From Octopus sinensis (Eukaryota), in the NCBI RefSeq assembly GCF_006345805.1, contig NW_021833629.1, positions 1 to 55,357 of the forward strand: a stretch of DNA of 55,357 nucleotides. The letters run 5' to 3'. The notes under the pieces are model-generated. The model was not told the origin of the DNA. It saw nothing but the letters and a program-made list of their open reading frames with translations, and ran no database searches. The translations under genes were made by a program, and so were the position numbers. Position 1 is the first letter of the stretch. Every line of letters begins with the position of its first letter. Shown here one piece after another: positions 22,233-36,048 of this stretch.

Positions 22233-23400
22233 TCTCTCTATATATAAACGGCAGTTTGTCTGTGCGTGTTTCTGCGTGTCTGTTTGCTTGTACCCTCACC
22301 CTGACCACGGCTTTCAATCGATTCTGATGAAACTTGACACACACATAGCCCAATGTCATAATTCAAAACTAACGCAGCGAAAATTTTGAAAAGTTCCCCC
22401 AGTTCTGAAAAAAATCGATAAAATCGACATGGGGTCGAGAATCAGAAACAAACCACAGACTGTCTAGGGGACGCAACTCAACCTTTTTTAACTAAAAAAA
22501 AAATTTACCATCATTTTTTTGCTATTTTTTGGCTATAACTCTCTAAAAATGCTTTATAGTTATTTCCTTACAAACCTGAGCAACGCCGGGCGATACTGCT
22601 AGTTATATTAAACGGCAGCAGTTGTGTCTGTCTGTGTGTCTGTCAGGTTGTACCCTCACCCTGACCACGGCTTTCAACCGATTCTGATGAAACTTGACAC
22701 ACACATAGCCCAATGTCATAATTCTAAACTAACGCAGAGAAAATTTTGAAAAGTTCCCCCAGTTCTGAAAAGAAATCGATAAATTCGACATAGGTCGAGA
22801 ATCTACGCTTTTTATATGCAACACATTTTCTACAGACTGTCTAGGGGACGCAACTCGACCTTTTTAACTCTCGGAACACGTGGGGTTAGTATCCCAAAAT
22901 GTATAAAAATGTACAAAAACGGCAAAAAAGCGGGCAGCAATGTGAGTGACAACAACGAAAAAGTCAAAAGTGACCAAACTGAACAAACGAATGGAAAAGG
23001 TTTTTTTGGTGCACACGACAAAAGCGGTTTATAATAAACCAAGAGTTTGCAAGTAGCGTCCGAGGACCCTTAGGGTACGTAAAAGATTTAAGGTAAAACG
23101 TTTGGGGTGGTAGTTAGTAAAAGAAAGTGGAAACAAAAAAGTATTCGAATAACTTGCGGCTGCAGCAGCTATTAGCAGAAGTGGCGGTGTTGGGGGTAAA
23201 GTCTCGAATGTAATTTCTTCCTGGTAGGAATTGGTTGGGTTGAACTATCGATAGCTGTTGATAGTTATTTGGGAGTGAAGAGAAGACATTGCAACCTACA
23301 CATGCGCCTTCGTTCCCTAGAGGGAAAGGACTAGATTGGGAATAGTCGTTGCCTACTAGGGGCTCTGACATACACGGGCAACGCCGGGCTATGCTGCTAG
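22233..23400 (+). mobile_element. Two tandem non-autonomous Helitron-like elements (22233-22602 and 22603-23400)
   Basis: 5' TCTCTCTATATATAAACGGCAG; shared first 260 bp or so (CTGACCACGGCTTTCAA.CGATTCTGATGAAACTTGACAC); both end GCAACGCCGGGC...TGCTAG|T (subterminal hairpin + CTAG). Confidence 0.85.
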
Positions 23401-23440
23401 TAACTTATAAAGAAAAAATTTTCACGCTAAATTACATATA

Positions 23441-23965
23441 CATTTAGCAATATATACATATACCAAACAATCTGTATGTTTAGTGTATATATACGTATAT
23501 TATAGATTGTTTGGTATGTGTATATATTGATAAATGAACATTTTTTGAGAGGTATATCTTTTATTTTATTAATTTATCATTCTTTTTACAGCGAATTATT
23601 TACCCTGGGTATTCAAACCATTTTTCTTTCTTCAAAAGTAATTTTTGATATAAGGTTTTCTTCAATTTTTATAATAATATGATTTTAAACCGCAATTTGT
23701 TATTTCATGCAACCGGTTATTGAAAAGACAGTTAGCTGAAAGAACCCAATGAAACAAAACCATTTTCAAATGTGTATCTATCAAATTAATTGTATTTCTG
23801 CTTGTAACTTTATCTTGCTCCATTCTAAACAAAACTGTCCGACGAACGGGAACGTGAAACTCAGTGATATTTTTGCTGCTTTTTAATAAAGCATATTACT
23901 CTACCTCTGGTATTCGAGTGCTATTTTTTTCACCTTGTTTCGCATTTATGTGCTTACCTGGTATA
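23441..23965 (+). mobile_element. Probable PLE pLTR remnant starting with a 36-bp hairpin and containing a minimal hammerhead-like core (23833-23865)
   Basis: 23441-23476 is the reverse complement of 23501-23536. ACTGT-CCGACGA-ACG GGAA CGT-GAAAC-TC-AGT; the unit ends at a TA run. Confidence 0.5.
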
Positions 23966-24182
23966 TATACGCATATGCATGCATACTTACATAAAACATA
24001 TGTAATTTTGAATAGACATTGATATCTGATGGTGTTGGCAATTCTTGTTTGTTGTGTCTATATTTTCAGACGGTTATGGAAAAACCTGGTCAGGTAGTTA
24101 ACACACATGAATGCGCTACATGTCATTCTAGAAAGGCTGCCTATTGTGATATGTAGGCGAATATATGTATGAGTAAGTGTGA

Positions 24183-24345
24183 AAAAGGGTGTGACTTTGT
24201 TAAGAATCTTGCCTCCCAACCACATATTTCAGAGTTCAACCCCACTGCTTGACATCTTAGGCAACTGCGTTCTACTATAGCCTTGGGCTAACCAAAGTCG
24301 TGTATGTGGATTTGGACGAAAACTAAAAGAAGCCTGTCGTATATA
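24183..24345 (+). mobile_element. Old degenerate tRNA-SINE 5' fragment
   Basis: TAAGAATCTTGCCTCCCAACCAC..GAGTTCAACCCCACTGC..TTCTACTATAGCCTTGGGC..AAAGAAGCCTGTCG is homologous to 11311 onward. Confidence 0.8.
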
Positions 24346-24579
24346 TAAATACACATGGCATGATCGGTAAATTGTCACCATTTCATATTTTTAATTTCGT
24401 GCATGCGCTTGTCGACTACACAGTATGGTAGGGTCAGTTGCGCACCACCTGTGAGAATAACAGCACTATAGCGCAATTAACACAGCCAGAAATTTGAAAA
24501 AGACATGCTGTACTGTTTGTCATTCTTTAGTATTTCAAGATATATTTATGTAATTTTGGTAAATGTATCTGTTAGAATG

Positions 24580-24671
<92 letters not shown>

Positions 24672-24684
24672 AAATAATAATAAT

Positions 24685-27480
24685 AAAATTAGAAAAGACC
24701 TGTCGATTCTTAATGAAATCAGCAAACAAGCAACGCTACTGAGCAACAAAAAGAGAACAAAAATGCTCCGCAAATATAACATCACAGAAAAAGATTTGCC
24801 GGAGATAAAAGAAAAGCTGAAGCAAGATATCCTTGCCAAAGCTCAAAGGATCCGCCGGTACGAGAAACGCCAACGCTTCTTTGAACAGAACAAAAAGTTC
24901 AACTCCGACCCCAAAAAGTTCTACCAAGAACTGGGCAAAAATAAAATAGAAGTCACTGCAGCACCAACGGCAGAAGAATTGGAAGAATTCTGGAAAGAAA
25001 TATGGTCGTCGAACGAACAGCCAAAAAAAGGAGTATGAAAATGACAAACTCGGCATCTGAACAACTTTGGACCCCCATAACAACTGAAGAGGTCACCCAG
25101 GCACTGCAAAAACTAAGCAACTGGAAGGCACCTGGGCATGACAAGATCCCCAACTTCTGGTTCAAATATCTAACAGGAATGCACAAAAAGCTGGCTGAAA
25201 ACTTTAACAGCATACTAGCAGAGCCAGAGACAATGCCTGAATGGCTCACGAAGGGGAAAACCATCTTAATTCCCAAATCAAATGAAACAGCAAAACCAGA
25301 AAACTACAGACCAATAACCTGCCTCCCTACTATGTTCAAGGCATTTACTGCAGTGATATCGCAAAGGCTGAACAAGCACCTGGACGAAAACAAACTGTTC
25401 CCAGAAGAGCAGAAAGGATGCCGCAAGGGCTCATATGGCTGAAAAGATCAACTAATGATTAATAAAGCCGTAACTGAAGACAGCCACAGAAAGAAGAAAG
25501 GCCTCAGTATGGCCTGGATTGACTACAAAAAGGCGTTTGATAGCATCCCCCACACATGATCCTCGAAACACTAGCCATTAACAAAGTAGCACCAACAATC
25601 ATAAAATTCATAGAGCACTCTATGAATAAATGGCAAACAGTCCTACACCTCCAAACAAAAGAGGGACTCATGAAAACCAAAGACATCCCCATTAGAAGAG
25701 GAATATTCCAGGGAGACACGCTATCTCCACTCCTTTTCTGCTTGGCACTGTCACCTCTATCTGATATGCTAAATAGAACTGGATGCGGATATAAATGTTA
25801 CGGCAAAACGATCAGCCACCTTTTATATATGGATGACCTAAAACTATACGCTGCAAATGACAAACAGCTGGAAACACTATTAAAGACAGTTCATGGGTTT
25901 ACCAAAGAAATAGATATGAAATTTGGATTAGAAAAATGCGCCAAAGTAACCATGAAAAGAGGAAAACTAGTTAAGAGTAGCAACATCACACTAGATAAAA
26001 CCGATGAAATAAAAGAATTAGACCAAAGCCAAACTTACAAATACTTAGGAATCCATGAACTAGATAAGACACAACACACACAAATGAAAGAGAAAATAAA
26101 AAAAGAATATTATAGACGAGTTAGATCAATACTAAAAACAGAGCTCAATGCTATAAACAAGATAATAGGTATCAACACTTTAGCTGTCCCAGTTATAAGT
26201 TACAGCTACAATATCCTTAACTGGACACGAAATGAACTGTCCAAAATAGATAGGAAAACAAGAAAAATACTGACAGGATCTAGGATGCATCACCCAAAAT
26301 CTGACATAGAAAGACTATATATACAACGTATAGAAGGTGGTAGAGGCCTTATACAGCTGGAAAACTGCTATAAAATAACCACCATAGGACTGCAAAAATA
26401 CCTACTTCAGAAGGAAGAAAAACAGATCCAGATAGCAGCAAAACACGAGCAAAACAAAAAACTGTTCTCAGTATTTAAGGAAGCTGACAAATACAAACAA
26501 GAAATCATACCACCTAATAAACACAAAGAAGAAGAAGAAGATGATGAAGAAACAACAAAAGCTATAAAACAAATGAAATCCAAACTAAAAATAGAACAGC
26601 AACGAGCCATGATAAAACGATGGCAAGAAAAACCCCTTCATGGTAAATACTGCACTAAACTAAACGCAAAAGAAATAGACAAAGAAAAGTCCCAGCAATG
26701 GTTGAGAAGCTCAGGACTCAAAGCAGAAACAGAGGGATTTTTAATTGCAGCACAAGGCCAAAGCCTCCCCACCAGAAATTACCAAAAACATGTAATGAAA
26801 AGAAATATTACAAGTAACTGCAGAATATGTGGAGATGGACAAGAAACAATAAATCATATTATCTCTAGCTGCCCAGTCCTGGCTAAGAAGGAATATATTC
26901 ACAGACATGACAGAGTTGGAACCTACATACATTGGAAGCTATGCCAACATTATGGAATAACAACAGAAAAAAGATGGTATAGGCACGCACCAGAAAAGGT
27001 CACAGAAAACGAGAAAGCAACCATACTCTGGGATATGCCGATACACACAGATAGAGAAATTAAGGCCAACAGACCAGATATAGTTGTCAGAGATCATGAA
27101 GAAAAAAATGCTTTCTAATTGATGTATCAATACCGGCAGATGACAACGTGTCTCTAAAAGAAATGGAGAAACTCTCAAAATACAAAGAGCTGGAAATAGA
27201 GGTAACTAGAATGTGGAACCTGAAAACAGAAACAATTCCTATCATAGTAGGTGCATTAGGCATGATAAAAAAATATTCAGACAAATACATAACAAAGACA
27301 CCAGGACTTACAAACACATATAACATACAGAAAATTGCACTACTAGGCACTGCACACATCCTACGCAGAACACTTTCCATACAATAACCATCAGAGCATC
27401 ACAACAAATCACAGCCCATACCAAGGCACACAGAGCTGCGCTCGGTAGTGAAGTGAAAGCACGCTATAAAAATAAAACTA

Positions 27481-27484
<4 letters not shown>
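24685..27484 (+). mobile_element. R4/Dong-clade RLE LINE, copy A (5'-truncated), flanked by (TAA)n
   Basis: NWKAPGHDKIPNFW, ENYRPITCLPT, EEQKGCR, IDYKKAFDS, GIFQGDTLSPLLF, LYMDDLKLYA, YKYLG, CCHC finger CRICGDGQETINHIISSC, RHD, RPDIV, KY. The long ORF 25556..27118 (520 aa) is interrupted by few frameshifts. Short 3' UTR ending AAAACTACTG|AATAAT. Confidence 0.93.
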
Positions 27485-27566
<82 letters not shown>

Positions 27567-27580
27567 TGATGATGATGATG

Positions 27581-29452
27581 ACACCGTAGCGATGAATAAT
27601 AAAGTACAAAACACAACAGACAAACACATGAATGAGAAGGAAAACGAAACAAATCTAAAATCTGGAAACAACGAAGGGGAGCCTAATGAATATGATACTA
27701 TAAAAATGAGAATAATCAAAGAGCTGAAAACCACAGATCTCAGAATGGACCACCGCCCATACCTCCCAAAAATATAATTAGACAAAAAAACAACATCAAT
27801 AACAAATAGCATAAACTTGGCCGTCACGGAACTAATAATCACAGAAACAAATGGTAATATCACTGAGCTAAATGGCATAGTATATGCAGCATCCACTGCA
27901 ACCACAAAAGAAGCTGGATACTTCCTCAAACCCATCCAAGCAGGAGTACCACCACCCAAACAAACCCTGTGGATAAATAACATTAAAAAATACAAAACAG
28001 GATAAAAGATCTGTCGATTCTTCACGAAATAGTCGACAGTCAACGCTACTAAGCAACAAAAAGAAAAAAAAAATACTGCTCGAATACATCACAAAAAGAT
28101 TTACCTGGGATAAAAGAAAAGCTAAAGTAAGATATCCTTACCAAAGCACATAGGATCCGCCGGTATGAGAAACGCCAACGTTTCTTTGAACAAAACAAAC
28201 AGTTCAACTCCAACCTCAAAAAGTTCTACCAAGAACTTGACAAACATAAAATAGACATCACCGCAGCACCAACGGCAGAAGAAGTGGAAGAATTCTGGAA
28301 AGAAATATGGTCGGCGAATGAACAACCACAGAAAAGGACTATTAAAACAACAAACTTAGCACATGAGACACTCTGGACCCCCATAACAACTGAAGAGGTC
28401 ACCCAGGCACTGCAAAGACTAAGCAACTGGAAGGCAGCTGGGCACGACAAGATCCCCAACTTCTGGTTCAAATATCTGACAAGAATGCACAAAATGCTGG
28501 CTGAAAATTTTAACGCCATACTGAGCCAGAGACGATGCCTGAACGGCTCACGAAAGGGAAAACCATCGTAATTCTCAAATCCAATGAAACGGCAAACCAC
28601 AAAACTACAGATCTATAACCCGTCTCCCTACAATGTACAAAGCCTTTCCTGCAGTATTATTGCAAAGATTGAACAAGCACCTAGACGAAAATAACCTGTT
28701 TTCAAACAGGCAGAAAGGATTCTGAAAGGGCTCATATGGCTGTAAAGATCAAAAAATGATCAATAAATCCATAACTGAAGACAGCCGCAGAAAGAAGAAA
28801 AGCTTCAGTATGGCCTGGATCGACTACCGAAAGGCGTCTGCCCAGTCCTGGGTAAGAAGGAATATATTCACAGACACGACAGAGCTGGCACCTACATACA
28901 CTGGAAGCTATGCCAAGATTATGGAATAACAACAGAAAAAAGATGGTATAGGCTCACATCAGAAAAGGGCACAGAAAACGAGAAAGCAACCATACTCTGG
29001 GTTATGCCAATACACACAGATAGGGAAATTAAGGCCAACAGGCCAGATATAGTTGTCAGAGATCATGAAGTAAAAAAATGCCTTCTAATTGATGTATCAA
29101 TACCAGTAGATGATAACGTGTCTCTAAAAGAAATGGAGAAACTTTCAAAATACAAAGACCTGGAACTAGAGGTAATTCGAATGTGGAATTTAAAAACAGA
29201 AACAATTCCTATCATAGTAGGTACATTAGGCATGATAAAAACATATTCAGACAAATACATAACAAAAACACCAGGACTTACAAACACATATAACATACAG
29301 AAAATTGCACTACTAGTCACTGCGCACATCCTACGCAGAACACTTTCCAAACAATAACCATCAGAATATCACTACAAATCGCACCACATACCCAAGGCAC
29401 ACAGAGCTGCGCTCGGTTGTGAAGTGAAAGCACGCTATAAAAATAAAACTAC
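27581..29452 (+). mobile_element. R4/Dong LINE copy B, 5'-truncated with an internal deletion of about 1.3 kb removing most of RT
   Basis: Homologous to copies A and D; at 28837/28838 the sequence jumps from the IDYxKA motif directly to CPVL.KKEY; same 3' UTR as copy A. Confidence 0.9.
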
Positions 29453-29473
29453 ATAATGATGATGATGATGATG

Positions 29474-31025
29474 AATCTATTTTATATTAGATGAAACAGT
29501 AATAAAGGAACTTGATCCTATAATAACCTAGGAATAAATGAAGGCTCTGGTATCCAGCATGCAAGCATGAAAGAGAAGGCTGGGAAGGAATGTTATAGAA
29601 GAGTTCGAGCACTCCTGAAGTCTGAGCTGAATGCATATAATAAGGTATTAGCCATAAATTCCTTAGCAGTACCAGTTGTTCTTTATAGCTTCAATGTGCT
29701 TAACTGGAATACCAGTGAAATAATGAAAATTGACAGAAAAATCCGCAAGCTACTGACTTGTAATACGATGCACCATCCAAAAGCAGACGTGGCTCGTCTT
29801 TACTTTCCCAGAGCTCAGGGAGGTCGAGGCTTGATCCAGTTTGAACTTACATACAAAACAACCACAATCGGACTGGCCATATACCTTGAAGCAACCAATG
29901 ATTGGATGCTAAAACTTGTTGAAAAGCATGAAAGACCGAAAAAACTTCACTCTCTTCTCAAAAGAGAACAAAACATTCGTTACTGATCTCTTAGATACCC
30001 ACCAGATAGATCAGGTGAAGGAAATGCACCAACTTATGCTGCAAAGAACATAAAATTAATTGCAAAGACAAAAGCACATGAAAATTTAGCTAGCAGACGG
30101 GAACAGAAATCTCTCCATGGCAAGTATGTGGCCCGTAGAAAACAAGCTGATGTCGACCAGAAACACACGCACCAATGGTTACGAAGCTCAGGGTTAAAAG
30201 CAGAGAGTGAAGGTTTCATATTAGCTACTCAAGACCAAAGATTATTAACCGGGAACTACCAAGCCAGTGTGATAAAAATGGAGCTGACCCAAAATGCCGA
30301 TTCTGTAACAATGAGATTGAAACAATAGACCACCTAATCTCAGGGTGTAGAATCTTAGCACCTGTAAAATATAAAGCTAGATATGACAGAGTCGGCCAGT
30401 ATTTACATTGGACAATATGTCGGTATTATAAAATCAAAACCGCTGACAAATGGTATAAACACCATCTTGAAGCTGTGACTGAGGGAGAAAATGTGTCGAT
30501 TCTATGGGACTTCCCCGTACAGACCGACAAGATTATAAAAGTTAATAAACCGGATATTATTATAAAAGATCAGACAAAAAGGATGTGTTTATTAATTGAC
30601 ATGAGTATCCCTTGCGATCACAATATAGCGGCGAAAGAATTTGACAAAATTAGTAAATGACCTGCTAATAGAAATTGAAAAAATGTGGCTTCTCAAGGCG
30701 ACTACAGTACCAGTGATTGTAGGATCTCAAGGAATGATAAAAAAAGGTACTGAAACCTATTGGAAAATTATTCCAGGCTTACCATCCCTACGGGGAGTGC
30801 AAAAGATCATATTAACTGGAACGGCTTATGAACTAAGAAGAGCATTATCGCTGTGAAAACAACATCCATCCATGAATTTATTTATTCATTAATTTTTAAA
30901 TACATATTTTATCTGTGAATTTGCGTGTGTAATCTGGGAATGCATACAATGAGCTTCTCTGCCCTAGGTGTACGGAAAACACTCGGCGAGAAACGGAAGA
31001 AAATTTGAAGAAAGAAGGAAAAAAC
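29474..31025 (+). mobile_element. Divergent second R4/Dong family, 3' half (copy C)
   Basis: MKEKAGKECYRRVRALLKSELN..HHPKADVARLYFPRAQGGRGL, QWLRSSGLKAESEGF, ILWDFPVQTDKIIKVNKPDIII, TVPVIVG; different 3' UTR; ends in (TAA)n. Confidence 0.9.
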
Positions 31026-31092
31026 ATAATAATAATAATAATAACAACAACAACAACAATAATGATAATAATAATAATAGTAGTAGTATTAA

Positions 31093-31127
<35 letters not shown>

Positions 31128-31224
31128 ATAGTAATAGTAATAGTAATATTAGTAGTAGTAGTAGTAGTAGTAATAGTAATAGTAATAGTAGAAGTAGTAA
31201 TAGTAATAGTAATGGTAATAGTAA

Positions 31225-31256
<32 letters not shown>

Positions 31257-31338
31257 ATAGTAATAATATTAGTAATAGTAATAGTAATAGTAATAATAAT
31301 AATAATAATAATGATAATATAATAATAATAATAATAAT

Positions 31339-31369
<31 letters not shown>

Positions 31370-31401
31370 TTAATAATAATAATATAATAATAATAATAAT
31401 A

Positions 31402-31445
<44 letters not shown>

Positions 31446-31487
31446 TTAATGATAACAATAATAATTATAACAACAACAATAATAATG

Positions 31488-31559
<72 letters not shown>
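31026..31559 (+). repeat. Compound (TAA)n/(TAG)n/(CAA)n microsatellite
   Basis: Direct reading; source of ORFs 30964..31458, 30968..31387 and 31005..31322. Confidence 0.97.
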
Positions 31560-34500
31560 GGTTTAAAAAGAACACCGGGGGACGTTTAAGATGTAAGAAG
31601 GATAAAACAGAGCTCTGAAATCTATCCAAAAACATCGAAAACAAGGACATCGTATGGAGCCAAAGATTTTCTAACAAAGGATTGGACTGTATCCGAGTAA
31701 GTAATACACATTGAAATTTATTACTATTTTCGAAACGAAATGATGTATTTTGACTCGATATCATCTCCACCTCTAACACAACACATGTAAACATGCGTGA
31801 TACATTACGATCCATCAACACCAGATCATCCCCGACCCCAAACACCATGTACAAAGGAACTACGAAGAAATTAAATACCACCGATATTATTCAACCCAAG
31901 AATAACAATCGGGAGGTACGTACTTTAAACTTACAACACAAAATGTACGAAAAACTACGCGTGCAAAACAATGTGACAACAGAAATGAACGGACCGGTAC
32001 TCTACGAAAATGACGATCGTCAAAATAATGGGCCGGACGTTGTTCCTCATGTCCCGCAAATAAAACCCAAAAGACATAAATGGACTCGTGAGGAATACAT
32101 TTCTATCCTACACGCATACTTCACAGCAGTGCTCTACCCAAAAAATGAAAACACAACAACACACACATATAAAATATGAAAGGAAAATAATATAAATATA
32201 GACTTGGATACAGCAATGAACCCTAATAAACTATCTAACGTACGAAGATACATTCTCAACGCAAAAAAAAAATATATCAGAAATAGAAATAGAACGTCTA
32301 AAAGAAAAAAATACAACAGGAAAATGTAGATAGAAGCCACACAACAATGCCAATAATATAAACACTGAAACAGTAAAACGCGAAGGCAAACGTAACATTC
32401 CCAACAAACACGATGTAGACAAAAAACATCAAACCCAGACCGTAAGGATGCATAATAATACACGACAAACAGCAAGCCAAAACACGGCAAACAAACATAA
32501 ATAAGAAAGAAAGCGACACAAATCTAAAACCAGGAAACAACGAAGGGGAGCCTAATGATTATGATAATATAAAAAGTAAAATAATCAAAGAACTGAAAAC
32601 CACAGGTCTCAAAATGGACCACCGACCATACCTCCCAAAAATCAAAATAGAGGAAACAACAACACCAATTATTAACAGCATAAACCTAGCCGTCACGGAA
32701 CTAATAGCCTATGAAACAAAAAGCGATATCACTGAGCTAAATTACTTAGTATACGCAGCAGCCACTGCAGCCACAAAAGAAGCTGGATACTCACTCAAAC
32801 CCATCCAAACAGGAGTACCACCACCCAAACAAACCCTGTGGATAAATAACATCCAAAACAAGATACAAAAAATGAGAAAAGATCTGTCGATTCTTAATGA
32901 AATCAGTAGACAATCAACGCTACTCAGCAACAAAAAGAAAACAAAAATACTCCGAAAATATAACATCACAGAAAAAGATTAACCTGAAATAAAAGAAAAG
33001 CTTAAGCAAGATATCCTTGTCAAAGCACAAAGGATCCGCCGGTACGAGAAACGCCAGCGCTTCTTTGAACAAAACAAAAAGTTCAACTCCAACCCCAAAA
33101 AGAACTTGACAAAAATAAAATAGAAATCACCGCAGCACCAACGGCAGAAGAAGTGGAAGAATTCTGGAAAGAAATATGGTCGGCGAACGAACAACCAAAG
33201 GAAAGGAGTGTCAAAACAACAAACTCAGTATCTGAGCAACTTTGGACCCCCATAACAACTGAAGAGGTCACCCAGTCACTGCAAAGACTAAGCAACTGGA
33301 AGGCACCTGGGCATGACAAGATCCCCAACTTCTGGTTCAAATATCTGACAGGAATGCACAAAAAGCTGGCTGAAAACTTTTACAACATACTAGCAGAGCG
33401 AGAGACAATGCCTGAATGGCTAACGAAGGGGAAAACCATATTGAAAACTAAAGACCAATAACCTGTCTCCCTACAATGTACAAGGCATTTACTGCAGTGA
33501 TATCGCAAAGGTTGAACAAGCACCTGGACGAAAACAACCTGTTTCCAGAAGAGCAGAAAGGATGCCGCAAAGACTCATATGGCTGTAACTAATGATTAAT
33601 GAAGACATAACTGAAGACAGCCACAGAAAGAAGAAAGGCCTCAGTATGGCCTGGATCGACTACAAAAAGGCGTTTGATAGCATCCCCCACACATGGATCC
33701 TCGAAACACTAGCCATTAACAAAGTAGCACCAACAATTATAAAATTCATAGTGCACTCTATGAATAAATGGCAAACAGTGCTACAGCTCCAAAGAAAAGA
33801 GGGACTCATGAAAACCAAAGACATCCCCATTAGAAGAGGAATATTCCAGGGAGACACGCTATCTCCACTCCTTTTCTGCTTGGCACTGTCACCTCTATTG
33901 ATATGCTAAAAGAACTGGATGCGGATATAAATGTTACGGCAAAACGATCAGCCACCTTTTATATATGGATGACCTAAAACTATACGCTGCAAATGACAAA
34001 CAGCTGGAAACACTATTAAAGACAGTTCATGGATTTACCAAAGAAATAGATATGAAATTTGGATTAGAAAAATGTGCCAAATTAACCATGAAAAGAGGAA
34101 AACTAGTTAAGAGTAGCAACATCACACTAAATAAAACCAATGAAATAAAAGAATTAGACCAAACTTACAAATACTTAGGAATCCATGAACTAGATAAAAC
34201 ACAACACACACAAATGAAAGAGAAAATAAAAAAAGAATATTATAGACGATTTAGATCAATACTAAAAACAGAGCTCATTGCTAAAAACAAGATAATAGGC
34301 ATTAACACTTTAGCTGTCCCAGTTATAAGTTACAGCTACAATATCCTTAACTGGACACTAAATGAACTGACCAAAATAGATAGGAAAACAAGAAAAATAA
34401 TGACAGGATCTAGGATGCATCACCCAAAATCTGACATAGAAAGACTATATATACAACGAATAGAAGGTGGTAGAGGCCTGATACAGCTGGAAAACTACTA

Positions 34501-35461
34501 TAAAATAATCACCATAGGACTGCAAAAATATCTACTTCAGAACGAAGGAAAACTGATACAAATAGCGGCAAAACATGAGCAAAACAAAAAACTGTTCTCA
34601 GTATTTAAGGAAGCTGACAAATACAAACAAGAAATCATACCACCTAATAAATATGAAGAAGAACATGAAGAAACAACAAAAGCTATATAACAAATGAAAT
34701 CCAAACTAAAACTAGAACAGCAGAAGGATTTTTAATTGCAGCACAAGACCAAAGCCTCCCCACCAAAAATTACCAAAAACATGTAATGAAAAGAAATATA
34801 ACAAGTAACTGCAGAATATGTGGAGATGGACAAGAAACAATAAATCATATTATCTCTGGCTGCCCAGTCCTGGCTAAGAAGGAATATATTCACAGACATG
34901 ACAGAGTTGGAACCTACACTGGAAGCTATACCATCATTATGGAATAACAACAGAAAAAAGATGGTATAGGTACACACCAGAAGGGTCACAGAAAACGAGA
35001 AAGCAACCATACTCTGGGATATGCCGATACACACAGATAGAGAAATTAAGGCCAACAGACCAGATATAGTTGTCAGAGATCATGAAGAAAAGAAATGCTT
35101 TTTAATTGATGTATCAATACCGGCAGATGACAACGTGTCTCTAAAAGAAATGGAGAAACTTTCAAAATACAAAGACCTAGAAATAGAGGTAACCAGAATG
35201 TGGAATCTAAAAACAGAAACAATTCCTATCATAGTAGGTGCATTAGGCATGATAAAATATTCAGACAAATACATAACAAAAACACCAGGACTTACAAACA
35301 CATATAACATACAGAAAATTGCACTACTAGGCACTGCACACATCCTATGCAGAACACTTTCCATACAATAACCATCACAACAAATCACAGCACATACCCA
35401 AGGCACACAGAGCTGCGCTCGGTAGTGAAGTGAAAGCACGCTATAAAAATAAAACTACTGA
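31560..35461 (+). mobile_element. R4/Dong LINE copy D, 5'-complete, with small internal deletions and frameshifts
   Basis: N-terminal KRHKWTREEYISILHAYF motif, then the same RT/CCHC/RLE motifs as copy A; deletion junction at 34720/34721; 3' end identical to copy A. Confidence 0.92.
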
Positions 35462-35468
35462 ATAATAA

Positions 35469-35526
<58 letters not shown>

Positions 35527-35528
35527 TT

Positions 35529-35624
<96 letters not shown>

Positions 35625-35625
<1 letters not shown>

Positions 35626-35937
35626 GTGTGTTGAGAGGGATTCTTTGGGGTTTGAATAATTCACCTCTGGAAACATGGGTTTCAACATCCTTAAACAATC
35701 CTTATTCAGGGACCGTTTGAGCGGGATGGGCTACTCAACCTGAAGAAAATTCTAACTGGGCCCCACCTGCAAGGTCATGTGCTGTTTATCTTGATATGAG
35801 ATCACCATGTCGTGCACATATGGTTGCGATGCATGTGCCTGGTGTACCCTTATCAGACGGGTAGTCATGATGGGTATATTGGGCTTCGTATATTTTACCC
35901 CAGTGTCACTTTGATGGCATGAACTGCTCTCTCACTC
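35625..35937 (+). mobile_element. Non-coding (TAA)n-associated retroelement, 5'-truncated copy
   Basis: Highly similar to 36285-36597; both end CTCTCTCACTC|AATAATAAT. Confidence 0.8.
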
Positions 35938-35973
35938 AATAATAATAATAATGGTGATGATGATGATGATGAT

Positions 35974-36020
<47 letters not shown>

Positions 36021-36048
36021 TGATGATGATGATGATGATGATGATGAT

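Noticed and set aside
9362-24345. tRNA genes suggested by A/B-box-like sequences
   Set aside because: No cloverleaf or acceptor stem; each head is followed by a shared SINE body.
31560-31720. HDV-like ribozyme at the Dong 5' end (known for some R2/R4 elements)
   Set aside because: No P1/P3/L3 arrangement found by eye in copy D or E; a descriptor search would be needed to exclude it fully.
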